From assembly GCA_040754655.1 (NCBI GenBank), contig JBFMCE010000045.1:1-31914 (forward strand): 31,914 nt of DNA, read 5' to 3'. Position numbers and translations under genes: made by a program. The notes below the pieces were generated by a model that searched no databases, was not told the DNA's origin, and worked only from the letters and a program-made list of their open reading frames with translations. How positions within the stretch are numbered: position 1 is the first letter of the stretch; the number at the start of each line of letters is the position of its first letter. The stretch is from Bdellovibrionota bacterium (lineage in GTDB: Bacteria > Bdellovibrionota > UBA1018 > UBA923). Of this stretch, positions 1 to 9,355 are shown in pieces.

Positions 1-2
1 AG

Positions 3-218
3 CGGGTTAGATTAGACATGCATCTCAAAGCATTCAGCCAAATACTGACGAAACCTGATGGCTCGGTTGGAAGAAAACTTGAGTTCTTGCACCAAGAACT
101 CTTGCGCGAAGTGAACACCTTGGGAACCAAGGCCCAAAGCCCCAACATCACGGCTCATACGATCGAGATGAAGACACTGCTTGAGCGCTTGAAGGAGCAA
201 CTGGCAAATGTCGCCTAA
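3..218 (+). CDS. yicC: YicC/YloC family protein (endoribonuclease), C-terminal fragment; gene starts before the window
   Basis: Frame is open from the window edge (RVRLDMHL...). It has the YicC C-terminal motif GRKLEFLHQELLREVNTLGTK...ERLKEQLANV and sits directly upstream of gmk, the usual context. Confidence 0.9.
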   Translation, partial: RVRLDMHLKAFSQILTKPDGSVGRKLEFLHQELLREVNTLGTKAQSPNITAHTIEMKTLLERLKEQLANVA

Positions 219-804
219 CCACAAACCCAAAGCGAGCCAGGATTCAAAGCTGGTGGTTCTTTCGGCTCCTTCCGGCACGGGCAAAAGCACGCTGGCGTCG
301 ATGCTGCTCTCAAGGCACGCTTCGTTTCAACTCTCGATCTCACACACTACCCGCGCCCCGCGAGGCGAGGAAAAGCAGGGAGTGCACTATTTTTTTGTGA
401 GTGAAAAAGAATTCCAGGGAATGATCGAAGCCGAGGAGTTCCTTGAACATGCTCAGGTGTTCGGAAAACACCGGTACGGCACTTCCCGGGAGTCAGTCGA
501 GAAATGGCTCAAAGCAGGAAAGCACGTTTTATTCGACATCGATATTCAGGGTGCAAGAAGCCTCAAAGAGGCTTACAAAGAAAGATGTGTCACGATTTTC
601 ATCCTCCCCCCCTCTCTAGGTGAACTTGAGTCAAGGTTGAGGAATCGGAAGACTGAGAGTCCCGATGCGATTGAATCGCGCTTGCGAACCGCTGAGACAG
701 AGCTCAAAGCGGCGCCTGAATTCGACTACCGCATCACGAACCGCGACCTCGAAGAATCTTACCGAGAGCTTGAAGAGATCTTGAAGAAGGAGAGCTGCAT
801 TTGA
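208..804 (+). CDS. gmk: Guanylate kinase
   Basis: P-loop SAPSGTGKST, SHTTRAPR-GE--GVHYFFVS, YGTS, DIDIQGA and IFILPPS motifs. ATG overlaps the yicC 3' end. Confidence 0.97.
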   Translation: MSPNHKPKASQDSKLVVLSAPSGTGKSTLASMLLSRHASFQLSISHTTRAPRGEEKQGVHYFFVSEKEFQGMIEAEEFLEHAQVFGKHRYGTSRESVEKWLKAGKHVLFDIDIQGARSLKEAYKERCVTIFILPPSLGELESRLRNRKTESPDAIESRLRTAETELKAAPEFDYRITNRDLEESYRELEEILKKESCI

Positions 805-2984
805 GTAAAGACGCAAATCCCGTCACGCTCGATGACATCTGCTCCAGCATTCTTGCTTATTACCCCGACGCGGACCTGGGACTCGTGCGCAAAGCGCACG
901 ATTTCGCAGAAACCACTCACGGAAATCAAAAACGCCATAGTGGTGAGCCCTATATGATCCATCCGCGGGCGGTCGCGAAGATCTTGACCGAGCTGAGGCT
1001 TGACCTTCCAAGCGTCATCACGGGACTGCTGCACGACACCGTCGAAGACACCCATGCCACTCTTGAGTTCGTTGAAAAAGAGTTTGGCCCAACGATCTCG
1101 GCCTTGGTGGATGGGGTTACAAAACTTTCGAAAATCACTTTCAAGACAAGCGAAGAGAAACAGGCCGAGAACTTCCGCAAGATGGTCATCGCGATGGCCA
1201 AAGACATTCGGGTGATCCTCGTCAAACTCGCCGACCGCACCCACAACATGCGGACCCTCGAGCACCTGCTTCCCTACAAACAAAAAGCCATCGCCCAAGA
1301 AACTCTAGACATCTACGCTCCAATAGCCAATAGGCTAGGCATCTCGTCCCTAAAAGTAGAACTCGAAGACTTGTGCTTGCGCTATCTCCATCCCGACATT
1401 TATTACAAGCTCGCGGCCAAAGTGCAAAAGACCAAGAGGGAGCGAGAGAAATACATCGAGGAAGTGACCACCATGATCCAAGAAAAGCTCAAAGAGTACG
1501 AGCTTTATGGAACAGTCACTGGAAGGCCGAAACATTTCTATTCAATTTATAAGAAGATGGAGCGCAGGAACATCGACTTTGAACAAGTCCATGATCTGAT
1601 CGCGTATCGCATCGTTCTCGACAACATCACGGAGTGCTATAAGGCGCTGGGGGTCATTCATGCGACTTATAAACCGGTTCCCGGCCGTTTTAAAGACTAC
1701 ATCGCCATTCCAAAGGCGAATAAATACCAATCTCTCCACACCACTGTCATCGGCCCTCATGGGGAGCGCATCGAAATCCAGATCCGAACCAATGAAATGA
1801 ACCAAGTAGCGGAACACGGGATTGCCGCGCACTGGAAATACAAAGAAGGAAAGTTTGAATCCCCTGGCAGGGAGAATGTCGAGTGGGTCAACCGGTTGCT
1901 GGAATGGCACAAAGACCTGAAAGATCCGACGGAATTCCTTGAAACCGTCAAAATCGATCTCTTCGCCGAAGACGTCTACGTGTTTACTCCAAAGGGAGAC
2001 GTAAAGGAATTCCCCTATGGAAGCACGCCGCTCGATTTTGCCTACGGCATTCACACTGATGTCGGCAATCGGTGCGTAGGAGCGAAAGTAAATGGCAAGA
2101 TCGTCCCGCTGAAATACAAGCTGAAATCTGGCGACACGATCGAAATCCTCACCTCGCCCACCCAGACCCCCAGCAAAGACTGGATCAAGCTTGTAAAGAC
2201 AAGCAAAGCTAAAACAAAAATACGCCTTTATATCAAGAGCCAAGAGCGCACTCGCGCCCTTCAAGTCGGACGCGAAATGGTTGAGAAGGAACTTAGAAAC
2301 TACGGGCAAAGCCTTGCAAAGATCCAAAAAACCGAACTCTACACCGATTATCTCAGGCGACGTGGGACAAAAAACGGCGACGAACTTTTCATCTATGTCG
2401 GCTACGGAAGGTTAGCGCCCGCGACGGTCGTACAACACGTTTTGCCGCCCGAGGTGCTCTCTCAAAAACAAGATGGGGAAAAAAAAGAAGAACCCTCGAT
2501 CTTGCGCAAGATCTTTGAGAGCGCCACAAGAAAAACCGAGACTCGAAACGCCATCACTGTCGACAACCTCGATAACATTTTGATCCGTTTCGGTCATTGC
2601 TGCAACCCGATCCCCGGAGACCCGATCGTAGGCTTCGTCACACGAGGCCGAGGCGTGACGATTCATACGACGGCGTGTTCAAAATCACTCGAAAGCGAGC
2701 CCGAAAGAAGGGTTGACGTGCGATGGAACCTTCAAGTTCCGATCAAGCGCCACGTGAAGATTCGCGTTCTTTCGCACGATACGCCCGGTATCCTAGCAGA
2801 CATGTCCCAGGCCATCTCTGGCTGCGGGGTGAACATCTCTCAAGCGAATATCCGAACTACGAAAGACCGCAAGGCCATCTCGATGTTCGAGGTCGAGGTC
2901 GGTAATATGGAGCAACTTGGCCGAGTGCTGAGCGCCCTTGAAGGCAAGAAGGGTGTGATTAACGTAGAGCGCGTGAAAGTTTAA
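801..2984 (+). CDS. spoT: Bifunctional (p)ppGpp synthetase/hydrolase (long RSH, Rel/SpoT)
   Basis: Intact HD hydrolase motif (LLHDTVED), synthetase RFKDY..PK.N.YQSLHT and EIQIRT, TGS domain (TPLDFAYGIHT), CC zinc-finger region (CCNPIPGD), C-terminal ACT domain. TTG start overlaps the gmk TGA (TTGA), with SD AAGGAG at 787-792. Confidence 0.95.
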   Translation: MSKDANPVTLDDICSSILAYYPDADLGLVRKAHDFAETTHGNQKRHSGEPYMIHPRAVAKILTELRLDLPSVITGLLHDTVEDTHATLEFVEKEFGPTISALVDGVTKLSKITFKTSEEKQAENFRKMVIAMAKDIRVILVKLADRTHNMRTLEHLLPYKQKAIAQETLDIYAPIANRLGISSLKVELEDLCLRYLHPDIYYKLAAKVQKTKREREKYIEEVTTMIQEKLKEYELYGTVTGRPKHFYSIYKKMERRNIDFEQVHDLIAYRIVLDNITECYKALGVIHATYKPVPGRFKDYIAIPKANKYQSLHTTVIGPHGERIEIQIRTNEMNQVAEHGIAAHWKYKEGKFESPGRENVEWVNRLLEWHKDLKDPTEFLETVKIDLFAEDVYVFTPKGDVKEFPYGSTPLDFAYGIHTDVGNRCVGAKVNGKIVPLKYKLKSGDTIEILTSPTQTPSKDWIKLVKTSKAKTKIRLYIKSQERTRALQVGREMVEKELRNYGQSLAKIQKTELYTDYLRRRGTKNGDELFIYVGYGRLAPATVVQHVLPPEVLSQKQDGEKKEEPSILRKIFESATRKTETRNAITVDNLDNILIRFGHCCNPIPGDPIVGFVTRGRGVTIHTTACSKSLESEPERRVDVRWNLQVPIKRHVKIRVLSHDTPGILADMSQAISGCGVNISQANIRTTKDRKAISMFEVEVGNMEQLGRVLSALEGKKGVINVERVKV

Positions 2985-3054
2985 GAGGGCTCTGTCGCGG
3001 ATTTTCCCCCAACTTACTGTTGCAAGGCTCTGTCCAAAAGGGGCACTTAACCTC

Positions 3055-3846
3055 CTACTCTTTGAGTAGTCGTTCAAGACGTCGTCTGTAGCTCTCCGCC
3101 AACGCACCATCCCGCGAAACTCGGTTTGCCCATCGCAATAGGTTCTCGCCCGTTTTTTTCAATCTCTCTTCCGCCATGCCATTGAATCGTTTTCTCCACA
3201 GACGCCCACCGCGCGGCACCATGTAATTGCATGCGATCACCAAAGTGCCCGATGGCATGGAATACGTTCGAAGGTACGCATCAACCCAGCGAGGCGAGAA
3301 GCTCGCATCCGACGAATCTATGAGCCTAGAGTCTAGGCCGTACGATTCAACTCCCTGTGAGTTCGCAACCCTTCCTACTTTATTCAAGACCGTGTATCGG
3401 CCGTTTTCGTATGGATCATCAACCTGTTGCTCGTAATAAACCTTGAAAGGGTTGCTGATCTCGGAAGAACCGGCATAAATCGCACGGCTCTCACGAACAA
3501 AATCCCCCAAACCTTCCTCTCCGGCATGTTCACCGCAGCTAGAAAACAATCCTAAGATAAACTTGGGGTCGTATTTAGTGAGTTGAAAGATGTAACCAAT
3601 ATAATATCCCGACGGCTGCACTACGAATTTTGAGATTTGAGCGCCTTGATTGAGCCTTGAAACCTCGGAAGGACTCAATAAACCCGACTTTGAGTCAAAA
3701 ACTTTTTGCGGACTAAAGGAACGGTCGCAAAGCGCTCCTGATCGGTCAACTGGATCTGCCTTTGCCAGCATTCCGGTTCCATTCAACAACGTCAATCCCA
3801 CCACACACACCACCGCAAATGGTATCCTTGGCACGCGAACGCGCAT
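3055..3846 (-). CDS. Secreted hypothetical protein, possibly START/SRPBCC (helix-grip) fold
   Basis: N-terminal signal peptide (MRVRVPRIPFAVVCVVGLTLLNGTGMLAKA). Run of beta-strand-like segments ending in GTLVIACNYMVP followed by a long C-terminal helix, as in START-like proteins. The fold call is pattern inference only. Confidence 0.6.
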   Translation of the reverse strand: MRVRVPRIPFAVVCVVGLTLLNGTGMLAKADPVDRSGALCDRSFSPQKVFDSKSGLLSPSEVSRLNQGAQISKFVVQPSGYYIGYIFQLTKYDPKFILGLFSSCGEHAGEEGLGDFVRESRAIYAGSSEISNPFKVYYEQQVDDPYENGRYTVLNKVGRVANSQGVESYGLDSRLIDSSDASFSPRWVDAYLRTYSMPSGTLVIACNYMVPRGGRLWRKRFNGMAEERLKKTGENLLRWANRVSRDGALAESYRRRLERLLKE

Positions 3847-3913
3847 TCTGATTGTCCCCCGAGATTACTAGAGCTTGGGGTTACAAACTCGTCAATGCGC
3901 ACCGAGACATTTT

Positions 3914-4705
3914 TCAGTGAATTAAGGTGCCAATGCGTCGTGGATGGAAGAGATAAAGGTCTTTCTCAAAATCAAGCCATAGAGAAAACCAAACGAACAT
4001 GGCTTTGCCGCGGATATTCTTGAACGGCACAAAACCCCAGGCACGGCTGTCCGCGCTGAAGTCTCGGTTGTCACCCATCACAAACAAGTGTTCTTCTGGA
4101 ACCGTGACCTCTTCTAGATCGGTGAAATGTTCGCCTTGGGAATCAATCAAAGTGCGATAAGTGAACCCGGGCCCCTCGGCAATCTCCTCAAACAGGCTCA
4201 GCCGCTCGGGATGGTATTCAGAGGTGAGTTCTTTCGTGACCGGAGCCGCCTCAAGAGAGCGTCTGTTTAGCGGCTTCCCATTTACGAAAACCTGTTTGTT
4301 TTCAACGCGAACTTGATCGCCAGGCACCGCGATCACGCGTTTGATGTAGTGGATGCTCTCATCGCGCGGATATTTGAATACAATGACTTCGCCATGCTTC
4401 GGTCCCGCCCCTGGAATCAAGTAACTGGGACGATCGGTAATCCAATCCGAAAAAGGAACTTTCAACCCATAAGCAAGTTTATTGACGAAGATGTAATCTC
4501 CCACCATCAGCGTGGGGATCATGCTGCCCGATGGAATCTTAAAGGGTTCAATCAAAACCGATCTGACAAGCAGAACCAAAAACAAGGCGACGAAAAAAGA
4601 CCTTAGGTTCTCAAAGATCTTTGTTTTTCTTGTCTTCGATCTTTCTTTATAACTTTGTTGGGCTTGATCGGCTGCAACCGAACTTGAGTCCCCGTGTGCA
4701 GACAT
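3914..4705 (-). CDS. lepB: Signal peptidase I
   Basis: One N-terminal TM segment, box B IPSGSMIPTL (catalytic Ser), box D YIKRVI (catalytic Lys), box E GDNRDFSADSR. Confidence 0.97.
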   Translation of the reverse strand: MSAHGDSSSVAADQAQQSYKERSKTRKTKIFENLRSFFVALFLVLLVRSVLIEPFKIPSGSMIPTLMVGDYIFVNKLAYGLKVPFSDWITDRPSYLIPGAGPKHGEVIVFKYPRDESIHYIKRVIAVPGDQVRVENKQVFVNGKPLNRRSLEAAPVTKELTSEYHPERLSLFEEIAEGPGFTYRTLIDSQGEHFTDLEEVTVPEEHLFVMGDNRDFSADSRAWGFVPFKNIRGKAMFVWFSLWLDFEKDLYLFHPRRIGTLIH

Positions 4706-4731
4706 CGCGATTCCTTAAAAATTCTAAAAAA

Positions 4732-7700
4732 TTACTGTTTATCAACGATACCGCTTCTTAGCAGATCAAGAAAGCCTTGGATACCCTGAACGTAGTGCTC
4801 ACTGCCCAAATCACTGAGATTAGAATAACAACGGTCTGGCCCCCGGTCGCCTGCACTTCCATAAGAGCCATACCGCCCCACATAACCTGTCAGTGCCGCG
4901 ACATTCCCATTTGAAAGTTGGGTACTGGTGAACTGTTTGAGCCTCTCCACAACCAGAACTTGGTCGCCTTCAGAACCGGTGAACCAATCGAGCACGTCAC
5001 GGCCTGTTTTATCGAGGCTAGATTCGCGATAGGCCTTGAACTCAGGATCTTCAAGAAGGCCGTTCACCGCATGCTTGATCTGTGTAATCGGGCGCTTCTG
5101 ATATTCTGGCCTAGGATCTTGATTGAGAAAACGGAGGAGATCGACCGCGGCCTGCCCCGTTCTCGCGTTCTGCGAAGCGGCTTCTTCAATAAACTTTGTC
5201 ACTAAATCCAACAGCGGCGCATTTTCAGCATGCCGGTTTAGACCGTCTAGGAAATGAATCGTCTTGGCCTTCACGAACAAAGGCTCAAGCGAATGGATGT
5301 TCTCTCTTAAAAGCTTCGTGCCCTGAGCGGTTCCCAAGAGTAACTTCAAAACCCGAGGCAACTTTTCCAAGACATTTGAGCCCCGCAGGGTTGAGCGTTC
5401 AGCCGCTTGATCAAGCAGACTTATCATTGCAGATCCGGCGCGTTTCACTTTATCCATTTGCCGATACGGATCGGGCTCGCCAGCGACTCGATATCGGGTA
5501 TCAGCTTTAGTCCACTCAAAAACCGCATCAATCAGCGCACCTAAGAATCGATACCGCTCATTAAAACTCTTAGAGTAAGGATTGCCGTCTCTTCGCAGAA
5601 GGAAATCAAGTGTTTCGATCGTATCGGGATTCACCTCGTACCGATCGCCTTTCTTGACATACGCCACCTCAGCCAAGACCCTTAAGATATGACGGATCGG
5701 AAGAGGCTTGGGAACCGCAACTCTGTCATCTTCCTGGTACCAGACTTCCGTTCCCACATTGCGCATCAAACCAAACAATACGAGCTCTGAGATGAAGCCC
5801 AACGAGTTCACGTCTTTGCGCCATTTGTTCCAATCGTCTCTATCTGTGGCCTTCAGCACGTCAAAACAAAGATCTCGTACAAGGCCCATGTCGTTTCTAG
5901 GGAGAAGGTGATTTCGGCCCGGGCGCTGGACGGTTTGTTGCGTCTTATAAAGTTCGCTTATCACCGGATATACCTGATAAAGATTGAAGATCCGACGAGC
6001 AATGTCTTTGTTCGAGCCGTAGACATGCCGCCGCACTCGAAGCTCGCTGATGCCCTCGCTCAAACTCACATAATCTTTGCAAATGCCGTCATTGATCTCT
6101 TGAGCCATGAGTTCGCGGTAGCTGCAAATCACCCTACCGTTCATCTCCTTCACCCAAGCATCAAGAGTGTCTTTGCCCTGGGGGTTGGCTCGAGGCGAGC
6201 TCTGCGCAAGTTTCGATAGAAACTGCATTGCATAACTTTCCCTAGGGCCTTCGCCATCAATAAGCCCCATGACAATTGCCGCAGGATGGATATCACTTGG
6301 CGTGAAGTCCGCCTCGATGAACACGAGTTCGAGCATGTCGATCTGGCTCACCAACCGCACTTTTGGTTTGTCGACTCCTGGGTACGAACCCGGATAATAA
6401 TACAGAACCGGGCGAACATTTGAGGCAAGCCGGTGGTGCCATTCCTGCCACCAGTCAGCATCATACGGGTTTCGGTCGAGTTGGAAAAAGAACTCCAAAA
6501 TGCTCTCGAAAACCCCTGGCCGCGCGAACTGTTCTATCAATGGATAAAGGGCCTTCTTAAACTCCTCGGAGCTCTCGTACGCGAATTTTGGTTTCCAAGA
6601 AACAACTTGTTGCCAGTAGTGGCGTATCCGCTCTTTCGCTACTTCGTCGATCTGAGATTCAGGGACGGATTCGACTTCCCTGATTTTTTTCTTAAGAGCC
6701 ACTATATCGATAAAATCCGATTCAAGGCTGGGATGCGGCCTGTTCTCGATCCACTCGTCTTTCTTAGCCTCTTTTGAAGCTTCGTCAATGACTTTTACGG
6801 CATCTTGCAAGCTTGCATCTGCAACAAGCTTACCCAGCAGCTCAAGAGTCGCCTGCAGCTCTTTTTCTCTACGACCGGCGATTTGGGAAAAAAGCCTCGC
6901 AATGGTTTCCGAAACCGACATTTCAAGATCAGTCGAGCAGCGAGCGGAATCGATCGTGCAATACTTTTTCAAGAAAAAGAACTTCAATAGATGCTGCGAT
7001 TCCCGAAGCTGTTCAAAATAGCGGGGATCGGCGAGCAGGTCACCCAAACGATCCAGTAAAACACGCTTTGTCGCTGGCTCCGAGTTCCGAATGAGGCTCA
7101 CAACCGCATCCACAATGAACTGAGCCAGCGGTTTGCTTTCACGCACCAGCATCTTAGGATTCGATGCACACGCCATGAGGTTTTCAAAAGCCTTATAGTC
7201 GTTTTCTGAATTCGAACACTTTCCCACAGCTAAAAATTGGTCCGTCCAGCCAGCGTCATCGATCGAGTCTAGAGAAAGATCGATGTCGATACTCCGGCAC
7301 GCAGCAACAGAGTCTTCCCTCGCAGGCCAATACACAGGCTTTGCGACCCACTCGGCCCTCGCGATGGTGGAAAAATTCTGCAGAGTGCCCAAATAGCTCG
7401 CCGTCGCCGTATGAGAGTTCAAACCCAGGTACTCAGGCGCACCAAGATCGCGTGTCGATCCTCTGAACATTGCCAAAAAACCTTCAAGCAAGGTCTTCAG
7501 TTTTCCATCTCGGGCCATGCTTGCGGTGAGGCTCAATGCTTCGCTAAACTCGCTTTTCTCAGACAGCTTGAAGAGAGTGGTGAAAAAGTCTTTATACCCT
7601 TCTGCATTCCGCCCCAAGCTAACTCCAAGGTCAAGGTATGGATGAACGGCATTCACCGTCAAACCATCATGCAGGGCTGAAAGGATTGGTTCCAAGTATT

Positions 7701-9270
7701 TCTGGTCTTCATCAAGGATCGATCGCAGCTCGGTCACAAGATCGTATACAGTAGCGAGCTCAAGGCGCTCAAGGTTGTCTGTAATCACGTCGTAAACGCT
7801 ACGAACTTTGGGCCGACCGAGGAAAAACGATTCTTTTTTCAAGCTTTCCCGTTCAATCAAAGCAAGCTTGGTCAAGGCCTGTATGTTTTCTTGGTGGATT
7901 GGCGAACTTTCCGAACTCAGCAATGCCGCGTGAACCAAGTACAGCAAATTTCCAACCACGTCACGATCGCTCCGGGAAAGCTCAGCGACAAGATCGGTAA
8001 GATGGGTGTAAAATGTTACCGAAGCCGTATCGCCCAGCAGATCAATGAGCAATTTATGGTAACGGTCTTCTTTAGCCCCCTCACCGCGTTTTTCAGCCTG
8101 AGCCAAGCTATTCAATGCCATCGCCATTGTTGCGACCAGGCCACGATCGACGCGGTTGAACAGACGCAAGGTATCGAGCGCCTTTGAAGTCCCTTCAGGA
8201 TATTGACAAGCGCCAGCTGCGGTCTTCATTTTTAAAGTGAAAGAACGTTCGACCCAATAAGGGGCGCGTTCAGGCGATTGCTCCGAGAGCTGCTTTCCCA
8301 AGGTCAAAATCGGGCTTAAGACTTCTTTTGTGCCGCCTAAACAAGAAATGGGTTGGTTGAACTTTTGATAAGCCTCGATAAGACGTTTATACAGATCGTC
8401 CCGGTTATTGAGCGTTAAAGTCTGAATAAAACGCTCTAGTCCGAAAACCTGATCATGAATTGTGTATCCAGGGTGTCCGGTGAAATAGTGGTTCAAAGCG
8501 TAAAACAACGATCCGTCTGCGACGCCATGGACCAAGACCTTGCCGATACCTTTTTTGTCCTGGGCTTTTGATTTCACGAATTCAAGCGCGCTCGCAGTCA
8601 GAGCGCGCAAGTCGGGATCGTCGGGAAGAATTGAAACTCTCAGCCCTTGGGTCATTCGTGAGTAAGCATCAAGCCGCTCAGTTTCAAGCCCAAGCTCGAG
8701 AAGCCTTTTTACGCGGCTGACATAATCCATCGCGCTCAGGTCTTTCGAATATTCTTGCACAGAGCGCAGCACGGAAATATCGAACTGCGACCTCTCATAA
8801 GAAAGTTGTTTCAGTGCCTTGATTACGGAAGTGATCAGCTTCTCTCGAGACAAAAGCTTGCCGACGTTCGAGAAGACGCGGTCAGCGATCCCTGCCCGGT
8901 TCATTTGGGTAAATGAAACATCGAGGTTCTTCAGGACCTGCTTGTTCGAGAAGATTTCAATGTTCAAGACTTGGATCAGGGCCCCCAACTCTTGGTCATC
9001 GAGAGACTGGATCAAGCCCTCGTAAGCCGGGATGGAGTTGTTGGAGTTGAGGCATTTGACCAGGCCTCTGACCATTGGCACGCTCAAGGTGTCAGATGAG
9101 AGGTGAAGTCCTAAACACTTTGTATTTATTTCTCCGGCAGTCGCAGCTGTGCCCTGGTAATCACTCGACTTGTCACCAGTAAAAACCGACGATGAACATC
9201 CAAAGCAAGCTGCAAAAAGAAGACTTCCCACCAAAAAGGCAGTAATCTTGGTCAAATGCAACACGACCAC
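4732..9270 (-). CDS. Very large (1512 aa) predicted lipoprotein of unknown function, mostly alpha-helical
   Basis: 4.5 kb uninterrupted ORF. GTG start with GAGG 7 nt upstream. Hydrophobic signal ending LLFAAC/FGC (lipobox-like). Leu-rich amphipathic helices. Upstream sigma70-like promoter. Confidence 0.8.
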   Translation of the reverse strand: MVVLHLTKITAFLVGSLLFAACFGCSSSVFTGDKSSDYQGTAATAGEINTKCLGLHLSSDTLSVPMVRGLVKCLNSNNSIPAYEGLIQSLDDQELGALIQVLNIEIFSNKQVLKNLDVSFTQMNRAGIADRVFSNVGKLLSREKLITSVIKALKQLSYERSQFDISVLRSVQEYSKDLSAMDYVSRVKRLLELGLETERLDAYSRMTQGLRVSILPDDPDLRALTASALEFVKSKAQDKKGIGKVLVHGVADGSLFYALNHYFTGHPGYTIHDQVFGLERFIQTLTLNNRDDLYKRLIEAYQKFNQPISCLGGTKEVLSPILTLGKQLSEQSPERAPYWVERSFTLKMKTAAGACQYPEGTSKALDTLRLFNRVDRGLVATMAMALNSLAQAEKRGEGAKEDRYHKLLIDLLGDTASVTFYTHLTDLVAELSRSDRDVVGNLLYLVHAALLSSESSPIHQENIQALTKLALIERESLKKESFFLGRPKVRSVYDVITDNLERLELATVYDLVTELRSILDEDQKYLEPILSALHDGLTVNAVHPYLDLGVSLGRNAEGYKDFFTTLFKLSEKSEFSEALSLTASMARDGKLKTLLEGFLAMFRGSTRDLGAPEYLGLNSHTATASYLGTLQNFSTIARAEWVAKPVYWPAREDSVAACRSIDIDLSLDSIDDAGWTDQFLAVGKCSNSENDYKAFENLMACASNPKMLVRESKPLAQFIVDAVVSLIRNSEPATKRVLLDRLGDLLADPRYFEQLRESQHLLKFFFLKKYCTIDSARCSTDLEMSVSETIARLFSQIAGRREKELQATLELLGKLVADASLQDAVKVIDEASKEAKKDEWIENRPHPSLESDFIDIVALKKKIREVESVPESQIDEVAKERIRHYWQQVVSWKPKFAYESSEEFKKALYPLIEQFARPGVFESILEFFFQLDRNPYDADWWQEWHHRLASNVRPVLYYYPGSYPGVDKPKVRLVSQIDMLELVFIEADFTPSDIHPAAIVMGLIDGEGPRESYAMQFLSKLAQSSPRANPQGKDTLDAWVKEMNGRVICSYRELMAQEINDGICKDYVSLSEGISELRVRRHVYGSNKDIARRIFNLYQVYPVISELYKTQQTVQRPGRNHLLPRNDMGLVRDLCFDVLKATDRDDWNKWRKDVNSLGFISELVLFGLMRNVGTEVWYQEDDRVAVPKPLPIRHILRVLAEVAYVKKGDRYEVNPDTIETLDFLLRRDGNPYSKSFNERYRFLGALIDAVFEWTKADTRYRVAGEPDPYRQMDKVKRAGSAMISLLDQAAERSTLRGSNVLEKLPRVLKLLLGTAQGTKLLRENIHSLEPLFVKAKTIHFLDGLNRHAENAPLLDLVTKFIEEAASQNARTGQAAVDLLRFLNQDPRPEYQKRPITQIKHAVNGLLEDPEFKAYRESSLDKTGRDVLDWFTGSEGDQVLVVERLKQFTSTQLSNGNVAALTGYVGRYGSYGSAGDRGPDRCYSNLSDLGSEHYVQGIQGFLDLLRSGIVDKQ

Positions 9271-9294
9271 CTCACAACCTCAAACGCGAGCGAA

Positions 9295-9323
9295 ATAGTA
9301 GCCTATAGAACGCCTTGCGTCAA
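9295..9323 (-). promoter_or_regulatory. Sigma70-type promoter for the giant lipoprotein-lepB unit
   Basis: On the minus strand, TTGACG (9323-9318), 17 nt, TACTAT (9300-9295), about 25 nt upstream of the GTG. Confidence 0.6.
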
Positions 9324-9355
9324 GCGAAGGAACCGTAGTAAGGAAGAGACGTAAT

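Noticed and set aside
1542..2327. 261-aa antisense ORF inside rel, and similar shadow ORFs over maeB, pnp, the M14 gene and the mla genes
   Set aside because: They lie wholly opposite well-conserved genes, show no recognisable motifs, and are explained by codon bias on the coding strand.
3013..3026. ACTGTTGCAA as an IS26-like terminal repeat marking an IS
   Set aside because: Only 10 nt match, and there is no partner repeat or transposase in the window.
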